A DNA stretch of 64,000 bases from the NCBI GenBank assembly GCA_040756235.1, contig JBFLZG010000130.1:1-64000 (forward strand). The letters run 5' to 3'. Under the pieces are notes generated by a model. The model was given only the letters and a program-made list of their open reading frames with translations. It searched no databases and had not been told where the DNA came from. Origin of the DNA: a bacterium (lineage in GTDB: Bacteria > Desulfobacterota > DSWW01). Positions 8,537 to 18,499 of this stretch are shown here, in pieces. A program made the translations under genes and the position numbers. Every line of letters begins with the position of its first letter. Within the stretch, counting starts at the first letter, position 1.

Positions 8537-10686
8537 GGGAACTTGTTTCGCGCTCCATCGGGCCTCACTGTCTTGGGCCGGGCGGCCTGCCAGTTCTTCA
8601 GGTCCGAGCAGTACCATTTGGAGAAACGGCGGTCGGAAGGGCCGCCAGCCAGACTCGTGCGCATCTCGTCATGAGAGAGGTCCGCCACCATACGGAAGGA
8701 CGGGCAGAAGGTGGTGGTGCGGCCGCCGCTCCGGAAGATCTGGCCCTGGTGGATCGTGGCCCGGCCTCCGATGATCGTGACCGGCCCGCGGTCGAAGCCG
8801 AGCCAGCCCGGAAGCTTCCCGCCGAAAAGGATGTGGCTCAACGGCACGCGGCGCGTCTCTCCCCAGGGCCGGGGCTCAACGGCGAGGGCTTCTTCGGCCG
8901 CCCGGCGGTACAGCTCGGCGCGCGTCTGCCCTTCGAACCAGGCCGAGCGCTCGGCCAGCAGCACGCGGTCGAAGTTGGCATAGAAGTCGGAGAACAAGCC
9001 CGTTTCGCGCTCGATGTATTCCGTTGCCGATTCCCCCAGGCCGTTCCTGCCGAACACCTCTCGGCCCAGAGCCCGGTAGACCTCCTCGAACAGAAAGGCG
9101 CCCCTGGAATCGGCATTGTAGCGGAAATCCCAGTCCCGAAGGATTCTTCCCTGCGCCGTATCGGGCAGAAGAGGACCGAGGATCTTCATGAACGATGCGG
9201 CCTGCGGAGAGTAGAGGTCCGTCTGGATCCGGAACATGGCCTCCGGGTCGAGGCGGTCTTCCTGCGCGAGGAGGCGACCGATCCGGTCGGCCCGATAGGA
9301 ACCCATGGGCAGGTTGATCGGCTCGACCCTGCCGTATCGGTTCAGGTCCTGGTTGGCCGTGACCAAGAAGCCCTGCTCGGGATTCAGGCACCTGGGCAGG
9401 TCGCGGTGGCCCACGAAGCCCTGCCAGTCATTCTCCTTCTTCCAGCCGGGCAGCGGCACGAGCCCGCTTGCATCCGCCTTGCGCACCGGGCAGAGCCCCG
9501 ACATCTGAAACCCGATGTTCCCGTAGCGGTCGGCCAGCACGAAGCTGAAGGCGGCTTCGATCTGCCCCAGCAGGTCCATGCCTTGTTCGACGGTGCCGCA
9601 GTCCCAGATCTCCGCCAGCCCGTTCATGGAGCGCGCGCCGGCCTCGGACGCGGCCCAGCGCGTGGCCAGGTAGAAGCCTTGCTCGTTCGGGTCGCCGTCG
9701 AGCACGCCGTGTTCATTCTCGTAAAAGGTCGCCTCCACCGCCTCCTTGCCCTTCCTGCGAATGCGCTCCTTGCGCACCTGAAAGGGAACCCAGCCGTCCC
9801 CTTCGCGCAAGTACCTGCCTTCCTTGCACCGCTCGACCCAGGAGTCCTCGGCGTCCAGGAAGGCGTACGTGGCGCCCCAGGCCAGGTCCGAGGTGCGTCC
9901 CACCACGACGCCGGGAAGGCCGGGCATGGAGCCGCCCATGGCGTACCGGCCCTGCCTCTTCAGCACGATCTCGCACCACACGCTGGGCACACGGTTCACC
10001 TCCAGGTGCGGGTCGTTGGAGAGCATCGGCTTGCCGGATGCGGTCCTGCTGCCCGCGACGACCCAGTTGTTGGAGGCCATGAGAGCAGGGACCTTGGCGC
10101 GCCAGGCGATCTCCGCGGGGACCATGCGGCGGCCGAGCCGGACCTTGCGGACCAGCTCCTGGTCCAGGCCGTCGAGGCGCCCGGGAAAGAGCTCCTCGAG
10201 CTTTTCTCCGGAGATCCCGGCCTGGACCATCTCCACGATGAGCCGCTCCATCTCGCCCTGCGACTGGGCGAGCGTGATATACCCGACCACGCGGAACAGG
10301 AGGAGGATGTCTTTCACCGTCCACGGTTCCGGCTTGCAGCCGAGCAGGCGGAGCTCCCATGGAACACGGCGGGCGAGCACCGCATTGACTCCCTCGCAGT
10401 ACGACTCGCAGACGGCCCGCGCCCGGGGGGTGAGCTTTTCGGCCTCCCCTTCGGTCTTCCCGGCCCAGTTCATGCGTCGAAAGAACCTGTCGACTTCCAG
10501 GGAGGCGTCGCCCGGATCCAGGATCTCCGCGATCCGGCCCTGGCCCGCGATGCGCATAAGGAGCATCTGCAGCCCGCGGTCGGCGGCGTGGACGCGGCCC
10601 ATTGCCTGGAACAGATCCGCTTCGGTCTCGGCTTCCACGTGGGGGATTCCGTGCTCGTCCCTGCGGATGGCCCAGGGCCTTCTCAT
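8533..10686 (-). CDS. Penicillin acylase family Ntn-hydrolase (no signal peptide)
   Basis: IRRDEHGIPHV, catalytic SNNWVV, NDPHL, TANQ motifs; RBS AGGAGG before ATG 10686. Confidence 0.93.
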   Translation of the reverse strand: MRRPWAIRRDEHGIPHVEAETEADLFQAMGRVHAADRGLQMLLMRIAGQGRIAEILDPGDASLEVDRFFRRMNWAGKTEGEAEKLTPRARAVCESYCEGVNAVLARRVPWELRLLGCKPEPWTVKDILLLFRVVGYITLAQSQGEMERLIVEMVQAGISGEKLEELFPGRLDGLDQELVRKVRLGRRMVPAEIAWRAKVPALMASNNWVVAGSRTASGKPMLSNDPHLEVNRVPSVWCEIVLKRQGRYAMGGSMPGLPGVVVGRTSDLAWGATYAFLDAEDSWVERCKEGRYLREGDGWVPFQVRKERIRRKGKEAVEATFYENEHGVLDGDPNEQGFYLATRWAASEAGARSMNGLAEIWDCGTVEQGMDLLGQIEAAFSFVLADRYGNIGFQMSGLCPVRKADASGLVPLPGWKKENDWQGFVGHRDLPRCLNPEQGFLVTANQDLNRYGRVEPINLPMGSYRADRIGRLLAQEDRLDPEAMFRIQTDLYSPQAASFMKILGPLLPDTAQGRILRDWDFRYNADSRGAFLFEEVYRALGREVFGRNGLGESATEYIERETGLFSDFYANFDRVLLAERSAWFEGQTRAELYRRAAEEALAVEPRPWGETRRVPLSHILFGGKLPGWLGFDRGPVTIIGGRATIHQGQIFRSGGRTTTFCPSFRMVADLSHDEMRTSLAGGPSDRRFSKWYCSDLKNWQAARPKTVRPDGARNKFP

Positions 10687-10809
10687 CTTTCTTTCCTCCT
10701 GAAAATGAGACATCCTTGTATATCACGATTCTGCCATGTGTCGTACCCCCTGATCGAATAGGGAAGAACGCTGGGGCATCGTGCAGGGCATCCCGGAGGA
10801 GGTGACATC

Positions 10810-11766
10810 GTGAGGTGGACGTTCTGGCTGGCTGCCGCTGCCGTGCTCCTTCCTGCCTGCGAGAGAGCCGGGGGGCCGTCGCCCGGCAGCGGACCCGGAG
10901 GCGAGGGCGAGGACGGCAAGGTCCGGGTGGTGGCGACGACCGGTATGGTCGCCGACCTGGTGCGGAACGTCGGAGCGGATCGGGTCGATGTGAGGGCCCT
11001 CATGGGACCGGGCGTGGACCCGCACCTCTACAAGGCCAGCGAGGGCGACGTGCGGCGCATGTCCGAAGCGCGCATCGTCTTCTACAACGGGCTGCATCTG
11101 GAAGGAAAGATGACGTATGTTTTCGAAAAGATGGGCGGGCGCATCCGCACCGTAGCCGTGACGAGCGCGATCGATCCGTCTCTGCTGCTGGCGCCGCCTC
11201 AGTTCCAGGGAGCCCATGATCCACACGTCTGGTTCGATGTGAGCCTCTGGATGAGGACGGTCGAGCCGGTGCGCTCGGCCCTGTCCGATGCGGATCCGGA
11301 TCACGCGCCCCTCTACCGGGCGAACGCCGATGCCTACCGGGAGAAGCTCGGGGAGCTTCATGAGGAGGTCAGGCGCCGGGCCGGGGAGCTTCCGGAGAGC
11401 AAGAGAGTGCTCATTACCGCCCATGACGCGTTCAACTACTTCGGCCGCGCCTACGGGTTCGAGGTCCGCGGCTTGCAGGGCATCAGCACGGCCACCGAGG
11501 CCGGCACCGCCGACGTGCAGGCCCTGTCTGCCTTCATCGCGCAAAGGGAGATCCCCGCGATCTTCGTCGAATCCTCGGTTCCCAGGCGCTCGGTCGAAGC
11601 CCTGCAGGCGGCGGCCCGGGCCAGGGGTTTTGCGGTGGACATCGGAGGTCAGCTCTATTCGGATGCGCTCGGCCCGGCCGGTACCCCCGAGGGAACCTAC
11701 ACGGGCATGGTGCGGTACAACATCGAGACGATCGTGAAGGCCCTGTCGCGGTCCGCTCCCGACTGA
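10810..11766 (+). CDS. Mn/Zn ABC transporter solute-binding lipoprotein (TroA/MntA-like)
   Basis: Lipobox LPAC; DPHLY, DPHVW, HDAFNYF, LYSDA metal ligands. Confidence 0.95.
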   Translation: MRWTFWLAAAAVLLPACERAGGPSPGSGPGGEGEDGKVRVVATTGMVADLVRNVGADRVDVRALMGPGVDPHLYKASEGDVRRMSEARIVFYNGLHLEGKMTYVFEKMGGRIRTVAVTSAIDPSLLLAPPQFQGAHDPHVWFDVSLWMRTVEPVRSALSDADPDHAPLYRANADAYREKLGELHEEVRRRAGELPESKRVLITAHDAFNYFGRAYGFEVRGLQGISTATEAGTADVQALSAFIAQREIPAIFVESSVPRRSVEALQAAARARGFAVDIGGQLYSDALGPAGTPEGTYTGMVRYNIETIVKALSRSAPD

Positions 11767-11906
11767 AGGTCGAGGATGAAGCATGCTCCCTCGACCACCG
11801 AGCACCTCCCGAGCCGGGCCCTCGGGACGAGAGAGACCCGACGGCGGTCGAGGCATGCGGCCCCGGCGGCCCGAAAATCTTCAGTGTGAGTGAAAGGACT
11901 CTCCGG

Positions 11907-12743
11907 ATGATGAGCACCGGCAATCCCACCTCGGGAACCACTCCCCCGCGGCCCGCCGGCGGGCCTGCCATCGAGGTGGAGGACCTGACCGTGGCCTATC
12001 AGGAAAAGCCCGTGCTCTGGGACGTGGATCTGGAGGTGCCGCCGGGCGTTCTCCTGGCGGTCGTCGGCCCGAACGGGGCCGGCAAGACGACGCTGATCCG
12101 GGCGGTCATGGATCTGGTCAAGCCGGTGGCGGGCCACATCCGGGTTTTCGGACGGCCGTATGCGGAGCAGAGGCGCCGGGTCGGCTACGTGCCCCAGCGC
12201 AACAGCGTGGACTGGGACTTTCCGACCAGCGTCCTGGACGTGGTCATGATGGGCCGCTACGGAGCCCTCGGCTGGTTGCGGCGGCCCGGAGCTGCCGAGC
12301 GCGGCCGGGCTCTGGAAGCCCTGGCAAAGGTCGGCATGTCCGAGCTCGTGCAGCGGCAGATCCGGCAGCTCTCCGGGGGCCAGCAGCAGAGGGTCTTTCT
12401 CGCCCGGGCCCTGGTGCAGGACGCCGACATCTACCTCATGGACGAGCCGTTCCAGGGCGTGGACGCCACCACCGAGAGGGCCATCGTCGGCCTGCTCCAG
12501 GAGCTGCGCGGCTCGGGCAAGACCGTGGTGGTGGTGCACCACGACCTGCAGACCGTGCGCGAGTACTTCGATTGGGTCACGCTGCTCAACGTGCGCCGCA
12601 TCGCCAGCGGACCGGTGCGGGAGGTGTTCACCGAGCACAATCTGCGGCTCGCCTACGGAGGGAGGGTCGCTTTTCTGACCCATCATACCCCTGAGGAGCA
12701 TCTGGCCGAGGATATCGGCGCCATGGGCGAATCTTCGAGGTGA
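11907..12743 (+). CDS. Mn/Zn ABC transporter ATPase (TroB-like)
   Basis: [25 protein letters not shown]. Confidence 0.95.
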   Translation: MMSTGNPTSGTTPPRPAGGPAIEVEDLTVAYQEKPVLWDVDLEVPPGVLLAVVGPNGAGKTTLIRAVMDLVKPVAGHIRVFGRPYAEQRRRVGYVPQRNSVDWDFPTSVLDVVMMGRYGALGWLRRPGAAERGRALEALAKVGMSELVQRQIRQLSGGQQQRVFLARALVQDADIYLMDEPFQGVDATTERAIVGLLQELRGSGKTVVVVHHDLQTVREYFDWVTLLNVRRIASGPVREVFTEHNLRLAYGGRVAFLTHHTPEEHLAEDIGAMGESSR

Positions 12744-12758
12744 GGCAGGGCTGAGGCG

Positions 12759-13895
12759 ATGGATCTTTTCGGCTTCGTGGCGAGCTCGGTCAGCGACTAC
12801 ACGGTGCGCACCGTGGCGCTGGGCGCCGGCACCATGGGAGTGGTGAGCGGCGTGCTCGGGGCCTTTGCTCTGTTGCGCAGGCAGAGCCTGCTCGGGGACG
12901 CCATCTCCCATGCCGCGCTTCCGGGCATCGCCCTGGCTTTCCTGTGGACCGGCAGCAAGGAGCCTCTGGTGCTGGTGCTGGGGGCCGCGGCAGCAGGCTG
13001 GGCCGCCACGCTCCTGCTGATGAGCATCGTGGGGAACACGCGCATCAAGTACGACACTTCGCTCGGTCTGGTCCTTTCCGTGTTCTTCGGTTTCGGGCTC
13101 CTCCTGCTCACCTTCATCCAGAGGCGGCCCGAAGCCACCCAGGCCGGTCTGGATAAATTTCTCTTCGGGCAGGCGGCGACGCTGCTCGGACGGGACGTGG
13201 CCACCATGGCCGTCCTCGGAGCCGTGACCCTGCTGGTCGTGCTCCTGTTGTGGAAGGAGCTCAAGCTGCTCTGCTTCGACCCCCCCTTTGCCGCGAGCCA
13301 GGGCTTCCCCACGCGGCTGCTCGACGTCCTGCTCACCTCTCTTCTGGTCGTGGCCATCGTGCTCGGGCTGCAGACCGTGGGCGTGGTGCTGATGAGCGCC
13401 ATGGTGGTGGCGCCGGCCGCTGCCGCCAGGCAGTGGACCGACCGGCTGGGGCGCATGGTCCTGCTCTCCGGCCTGTTCGGCGCCTTGGCCGGCATCAGCG
13501 GGGCCGTGCTCAGCAGTCTCGTGCCGCGGCTGCCCACGGGCCCTGCCATCGTCGTGTGCGTGAGCGCGCTCGTCGTGATTTCGCTTCTCATGGCCAAGAA
13601 CCGCGGGCTGCTGTGGAGCCGGGTCCGGGAGGTGAGGAACCGCAGGAAGCTCGAGCTGGAAGCCGTGTTGACCGACCTCTGGACCCTCGCCGGCCAGCAT
13701 CCGGGCCAGGAACGGGGTCATACGGTCCAGGTCCTCAGAACCATGGCGCTCGGCCACGGCGGCGTGGACCGGAGCCTCAAGGTGCTCGAGGAGAGAGGGC
13801 TGGCCCGGCGCACCGCCGCGGACAGCTGGACGTTGACGGAGAGGGGGCTCGAGGAAGCCAGGCGCGTGATCCAGGCGCGGGGTGGCCGGCCGTGA
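12759..13895 (+). CDS. Mn/Zn ABC permease (TroC-like) with C-terminal winged-helix tail
   Basis: GDAISHAALPG, TVGVVLM; soluble tail ending LEERGL...WTLTERG. Confidence 0.92.
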   Translation: MDLFGFVASSVSDYTVRTVALGAGTMGVVSGVLGAFALLRRQSLLGDAISHAALPGIALAFLWTGSKEPLVLVLGAAAAGWAATLLLMSIVGNTRIKYDTSLGLVLSVFFGFGLLLLTFIQRRPEATQAGLDKFLFGQAATLLGRDVATMAVLGAVTLLVVLLLWKELKLLCFDPPFAASQGFPTRLLDVLLTSLLVVAIVLGLQTVGVVLMSAMVVAPAAAARQWTDRLGRMVLLSGLFGALAGISGAVLSSLVPRLPTGPAIVVCVSALVVISLLMAKNRGLLWSRVREVRNRRKLELEAVLTDLWTLAGQHPGQERGHTVQVLRTMALGHGGVDRSLKVLEERGLARRTAADSWTLTERGLEEARRVIQARGGRP

Positions 13896-15007
13896 GCGCA
13901 GCACAGATCGAAATCCAGCTCATCGCCTCTGTCGTGGCCGTTGCCTGCTCCATTTGCGGCGTGTTTCTGGTCCTCAGGCAGATGGCCATGATGAGCGACG
14001 CCATCAGCCACGCCATCCTGCTCGGCATCGTTCTGGCGTTCTTCGCCACCGGGGATCTGGCCTCCCCCTTCCTGATCGTGGCGGCCGCCCTCACCGGGCT
14101 CCTCACCGTGACCCTCGTGGAGGCGTTGAAGCGCACCGGGCTCGTGCGGGAGGACGCCGCCATCGGGCTCGTCTTTCCGCTGTTGTTCAGCGTGGGCGTG
14201 ATCCTGATCTCACGCCACGCGGGAAGCGTGCACCTGGACACCGACGCGGTGCTGCTCGGAGAGCTGGCCTTTGCCCCCTTCAACCGGCTGGTCGCGTTCG
14301 GCTACGATCTGGGGCCGAAGTCCCTGTACGTGATGTCGGCCATTCTGGCGCTCAACCTTGCCTTCATCCTGGTCTTCTTCAAGGAGCTCAAGCTCGCTAC
14401 CTTCGATACCGGCATGGCGGCGGCCCTGGGGTTCTCGCCGGGTCTGCTCCATTACGGCTTGATGGGCCTGGTTTCCCTGACCGCCGTGGGGGCGTTCGAT
14501 GCGGTCGGGTCCATCCTGGTGGTGGCCTTCATGATCGCCCCGCCGGCCACGGCTTATCTGCTGTGCCACAGCCTCCCCAGGATGCTCGTCTGGAGCGGGC
14601 TCGTGGGGGTGGCCTGCGCGATCTCCGGCTACTGGGTGGCTCACTGGCTGGACGCTTCCATCGCCGGTTCCATGGCGACCATGGCCGGAGTGCTCTTCGT
14701 GGCGGCCTTTCTCTTTGCCCCGGAGCGCGGCCGGGTGGCGCTGGCCCGCAGGCGCGCCCGCCAGCGCTGGGACTTCGGCCAGACCATGCTCACCATCCAC
14801 CTGTTTCAGCACGAGGATCTGCCGCAAGCCGTGCAGGAGAACCGCATGGAGCACCTCGAGCAAAGCCTGCGCTGGCAGCCTGCCTTTGCGGAGCAGGTCG
14901 TCAGGAGAGCGGAGCGCCGCGGGTTCGTTGTGCGGCGCGGGCCGCTGCTGGAATTGACCGCGTCCGGCAGGGAGCATGCGCGGCAGGCCATCGTCAATCC
15001 GAGCTGA
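13892..15007 (+). CDS. Mn/Zn ABC permease (TroD-like) with C-terminal winged-helix tail
   Basis: SDAISHAILLG, HLDTDAVLLG, AVGSILVVA; GTGA overlap with previous gene; tail ERRGFV...LELTASG. Confidence 0.92.
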   Translation: MSAAQIEIQLIASVVAVACSICGVFLVLRQMAMMSDAISHAILLGIVLAFFATGDLASPFLIVAAALTGLLTVTLVEALKRTGLVREDAAIGLVFPLLFSVGVILISRHAGSVHLDTDAVLLGELAFAPFNRLVAFGYDLGPKSLYVMSAILALNLAFILVFFKELKLATFDTGMAAALGFSPGLLHYGLMGLVSLTAVGAFDAVGSILVVAFMIAPPATAYLLCHSLPRMLVWSGLVGVACAISGYWVAHWLDASIAGSMATMAGVLFVAAFLFAPERGRVALARRRARQRWDFGQTMLTIHLFQHEDLPQAVQENRMEHLEQSLRWQPAFAEQVVRRAERRGFVVRRGPLLELTASGREHARQAIVNPS

Positions 15008-15020
15008 GGCCTGAACAAGA

Positions 15021-15200
15021 ATGGGCACGGAGACCCCAGGACACGAGCCAGGCGGGGCGACCTCGCTGGATATCGAAACCTCGAAGGACAGTGAGCTGCC
15101 GGAGCTCAAGCAGGACGTGGCGCCCGAGCGCGTCCTGGACAAGATCGAAGAGACGGAGCAGCCGTCCAGGACCAAGGTGGAAAAGAAGGACCAGGACTGA
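15021..15200 (+). CDS. Small charged ORF (59 aa) or gene remnant, not in the ORF track
   Basis: MGTETPG...LDIETSKDSELPELKQDVAPERVLDKIEETEQPSRTKVEKKDQD; GC3-biased codons but no clear RBS. Confidence 0.35.
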   Translation: MGTETPGHEPGGATSLDIETSKDSELPELKQDVAPERVLDKIEETEQPSRTKVEKKDQD

Positions 15201-15300
15201 TATCGGCGTATTCGTGCGGCCGGGCCAGACCGTTCCCGAGGGTCGTCTCAGGTGCGGATGTTGCGAGGGCGCGGCCGCGCCCGTGGCGACCTCCATTCAT

Positions 15301-15436
15301 AGAAGGTGTCGATTTTTGCATACCTTCTCCCCTTGGCGGGGGGAGAAGGTCAGGATGAGGGGTGCATCTGCTCCCCTTCCCCCTCACCCTCTCCCCCTTG
15401 CGCGGGGGAGAGGGAACTCATTTTTCGACAACCTCT
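15301..15436. repeat. Element with related terminal repeats carrying CCCTCACC/GGGGAGAGGG palindromic cargo
   Basis: Ends AGAAGGTGTCGATTTTT and TTTTTCGACAACCTCT; internal hairpins ACCTTCTCCCC..GGGGAGAAGGT and CCCTCTCCCCC..GGGGGAGAGGG. Confidence 0.65.
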
Positions 15437-15458
15437 TGCTCGGCATCCTCTTTGGGGA

Positions 15459-16397
15459 TCATTTCCTCAGACCGTAGAGGCGCGCCGCAGCGCGGCCGAG
15501 AATGATCTCGATTTCCTCGGCGTGGAACCTGATCCCGGAGGGCGAGCGCGGTTCCCGGAGCGCCTTCACCCAACCCGCGGGGGAGAGGATCATGTCCAGC
15601 ATCGATCCGTCGCTTCCGAACAGAACGCGCCAGGGTCCGAGGGTGTCGATCGCCGCTCGCAGGGGGCCGTAGAAGTAATCCGGTCCGCTCGCGTATTCCA
15701 TCTGCCAGCCCGAGAAATCGACGTAGACATTGAGCTTCACCGAGGCCAGGTCGATCGCTTCCTGCCACCAGCCGTGCCCCGCGTGGGCGATGACGATCTT
15801 CAGCTCCGGGAACTCGGCCGCCACCGTATCGATGTACTTCGGCTGGGAGAAGCGGATCCTGAGCGGCGCCGGCTCGTTCCCGGAATGGATGACCACGGGG
15901 ATGCCGTATTCGAGCGCTTTCCGGTAAAGGGGCATGCAGACCGGTTCGTCCGGATAGAAGCCGGTCGTGGGATGGAGCTTCAGGCCGATCGCGCCGTGCT
16001 CCTCCACGCCCTTGCGCAGGATCTCGAGCGCGTTCGCGCGGCGGGGGTCCACGCCGACATGGGTCAGCAGCCTGCCCGGGTGTCTGCGAACGGCCCGCGC
16101 GTATAGGGCGTTCTTCTCTTCGATCGCCATTCCCTCGGACTTGGGACAGCCGAGCCAGAAATCCAGAGGCAGCAGGACGGCCTTGTCGATTCCGGCCTCG
16201 TCCATCTTGCCCACGAGCTTGTCGCCGTCGGGATCGTTCAGGAGCTCCATGTTCGCGCTGAGGAGGGAGGAAACGTCTCCGTCGAAGTCTCCGGTCTTTT
16301 TGTTGAAGAACGCGATCCCCGAACGTCCGCAGCCGAAGAAGAAGGATTCGGGGTCAGATCCCTGGAAGAAGAGGTGGACATGGCTGTCGACGATCAT
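15459..16397 (-). CDS. Amidohydrolase_2 family metal-dependent hydrolase
   Basis: DSHVH, GLKLHP, IHSG, IAHAG, VLFGSD. Confidence 0.92.
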   Translation of the reverse strand: MIVDSHVHLFFQGSDPESFFFGCGRSGIAFFNKKTGDFDGDVSSLLSANMELLNDPDGDKLVGKMDEAGIDKAVLLPLDFWLGCPKSEGMAIEEKNALYARAVRRHPGRLLTHVGVDPRRANALEILRKGVEEHGAIGLKLHPTTGFYPDEPVCMPLYRKALEYGIPVVIHSGNEPAPLRIRFSQPKYIDTVAAEFPELKIVIAHAGHGWWQEAIDLASVKLNVYVDFSGWQMEYASGPDYFYGPLRAAIDTLGPWRVLFGSDGSMLDMILSPAGWVKALREPRSPSGIRFHAEEIEIILGRAAARLYGLRK

Positions 16398-16580
16398 GGC
16401 GGCCTCCGTGGTGGAAGGATGGGAGGTCTCAAGGATCGTCCGGCGGCCGCATTCTGTCAAGACAAAGGGACGCTCCAGCCGGCCCGGTCGTGCGCAGCCG
16501 TCATGCTCGAGGGATCCCCCTCGAACGATGGAGATAGAGGCCGTCATCTGCGGCCAGCGGTTCCCCCCGGCGCTGTAGTT

Positions 16581-16604
16581 GTAGGGGCGCTGCTTGCTGC
16601 GCCC
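16581..16604 (+). repeat. GTAG-type REP-like palindrome
   Basis: GTAGGGGCGCTGCTTGCTGCGCCC; near-identical copy at 38357. Confidence 0.7.
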
Positions 16605-16693
16605 GGCTCTCTGGTTACGGCTTGACAGTCGGCTACGAGTGAGGCTAGAAGCCTCTCGTGCTGTAGGCACGCCCCGTTCGCTCGCGAAAAGGC

Positions 16694-17149
16694 ATGACCA
16701 TGAAGGAACGCTTCCGCTACTACCTGCGCGTCCGCTACGGCGAATGCGACGCGCAGAAGGTGGTGTTCAACGCCCGCTACGCGGAGTACGTCGATCTGGC
16801 CACGACCGAGCTCATGCGCTCCATCGGGTTCGGCGACGCCCTGATCGGCGGCCGCTTCGATTACCAGGTGGTCAAGCAGACGATCGAGTGGAAGGCTCCG
16901 GCCCGCTTCGATCAGGTGCTGGAGGTCACGGTGCGCGCCAAGCACCTGGGCAATACTTCATTCATCCTGATCGCGGAGTTCCGGATCGCGGGCGAGGAAG
17001 CGGTCCTGGCCGGCGCGGAAACGGTCTACGTGCTCGTGGACGCCGAAAGCCTCGCCAAGGTCCCCCTGCCGGAGGAGTTCCGCGCCCTGCTCAGGGAAGG
17101 CGCGCCCGGAGTGGCCGTGGACCATGCGGGTTACCTGTCGGGCCGGTGA
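16694..17149 (+). CDS. Acyl-CoA thioesterase (4HBT/YbgC hotdog fold)
   Basis: VRYGECDAQKVVFNARY motif. Confidence 0.9.
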   Translation: MTMKERFRYYLRVRYGECDAQKVVFNARYAEYVDLATTELMRSIGFGDALIGGRFDYQVVKQTIEWKAPARFDQVLEVTVRAKHLGNTSFILIAEFRIAGEEAVLAGAETVYVLVDAESLAKVPLPEEFRALLREGAPGVAVDHAGYLSGR

Positions 17150-17314
17150 AAACGAACGGGCTCGTGCAGGGCAACGTTTCCACGGGCAACTTCGGGGGAG
17201 TCCTCGTGCTCGGCACGCCCCCTGCTGCGGAACGCGGCCTCTTCCTGCTCGGCAATCATCTCTCCCTCTCCCTGTCTCCTGCGCGTACCCTACACGACTG
17301 CCGCCGCCGGGAGC

Positions 17315-17428
17315 CTATCCAAGGTATTCCTGCCCGTTTCGTTCTGCCGGCTTCCGGATCAAGCTCACGGCCTCTGCCGGGCAGGCCGTGACGCACAGAC
17401 CGCAGCCGATGCAGCGGTCGCGACCGTC
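17315..17428 (-). pseudogene. C-terminal relic of a 4Fe-4S ferredoxin-domain gene
   Basis: Reads DGRDRCIGCGLCVTACPAEAVSLIRKP...* in the +1 frame across the stop of the upstream gene; no start or RBS. Confidence 0.65.
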
Positions 17429-18461
17429 AGCGATAGAGGCTCCTGTGTGCAGCCGGCATCTCCTCGAAGACCATCGCCGCCTCTACGCCCGGGAGGACGC
17501 GCATGGTTCCGTCCGGGCCCTGCAGGACGCAGCCCGAGCCGTGCAGAAGCTTCAGGTTCCGGGCCGTCTCCTTCCGGTCGCCCCAGCAGACGATCTGGCA
17601 GTTGCCGCAGGTCATGTTCAGGTTGGCGCCCTGAAAGGCCGGGTTCACGTACCCTTCGCTCATCCGGGGCCTCTGCCCGTACTGGGCCATGGCCCGCATA
17701 AGCTCGCCGAGCAGCTCCCCCTCGTCAGCAGGCAGGGCGAACCTCCCCGGGGACCAGGAAGACCACTTCCCGGACCTGTGCAGGCCTGTGAACCCCCCGC
17801 AGCAGATCTGGCAGAGCAGGTAGGTCTTGCGCGCCGCGTGGGCGTAGACAGACCCCCCGAGGCTGACCGGGGTCTCCCTGTCCCTCTCGAACATCCCCAC
17901 CGGGCAGGCCTCCGCGCAGAGCTTGCAGCGATCGCAGAAGGAATCCCGCTCCGGAATCGGGGCCGTCGGCTCCAGAGCGGCCGAGGTCAGGCAGGTGCCG
18001 AGAATGACGGCGGCCCCGTAGCCCGCCAGACCTACGTTCCCGGACCAGCCGAACGAGCCGACGCCGGCAGCCACCGCCACGTAGCGGTGGGAGATCTTCG
18101 GGTGCATCTGGAGTTCCCAGTCGGGCATCTCCTTGCGGTAATTGAGGTTCGCGGACGTGCCCCGGGACGGGAATCCCCTCTCCTCCAGGAACCGGGCCAG
18201 CTCCCACGACAGGCTCGTCACGCGCATGTTCGTCTTCAGGTTGTCCTGCTCGTGGGGAAGCCGGTCCCGCTTGCTCAGGAACGCCCGGATCTTGTCCCGG
18301 TCGAAGGGCAGCGCGAAGCTTACTGCCGTGCGCGCCCCGGCAAGGGAGTAGTCCAGGTCCGCGCTGGGCGGCCCTCCCGCCAGAGCTTCCCGGCTCGCGA
18401 GCCCCACCTTGATGGCTCCACGCTCCAGAAGGAACTTCTCTGTTTCTTTCTCGAGAGACAT
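17427..18461 (-). CDS. QueG/reductive-dehalogenase-like Fe-S protein
   Basis: SHRYVAVAAGVGSFGWSG, CDRCKLCAEACP, CGNCQIVC; RBS AGGGAA/GGAGG before ATG 18461. Confidence 0.8.
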   Translation of the reverse strand: MSLEKETEKFLLERGAIKVGLASREALAGGPPSADLDYSLAGARTAVSFALPFDRDKIRAFLSKRDRLPHEQDNLKTNMRVTSLSWELARFLEERGFPSRGTSANLNYRKEMPDWELQMHPKISHRYVAVAAGVGSFGWSGNVGLAGYGAAVILGTCLTSAALEPTAPIPERDSFCDRCKLCAEACPVGMFERDRETPVSLGGSVYAHAARKTYLLCQICCGGFTGLHRSGKWSSWSPGRFALPADEGELLGELMRAMAQYGQRPRMSEGYVNPAFQGANLNMTCGNCQIVCWGDRKETARNLKLLHGSGCVLQGPDGTMRVLPGVEAAMVFEEMPAAHRSLYR

Positions 18462-18499
18462 GGCTTCCCTCCTCCTTCCGCTGCGGTGCGAATCGTCCT

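Noticed and set aside
17146..17391. GTG-started ORF overlapping the thioesterase stop (KTNGLVQGNVSTGNFGGVLV...)
   Set aside because: Only about 20 protein-like codons before low-complexity sequence, and it runs antisense into the ferredoxin relic; insufficient support
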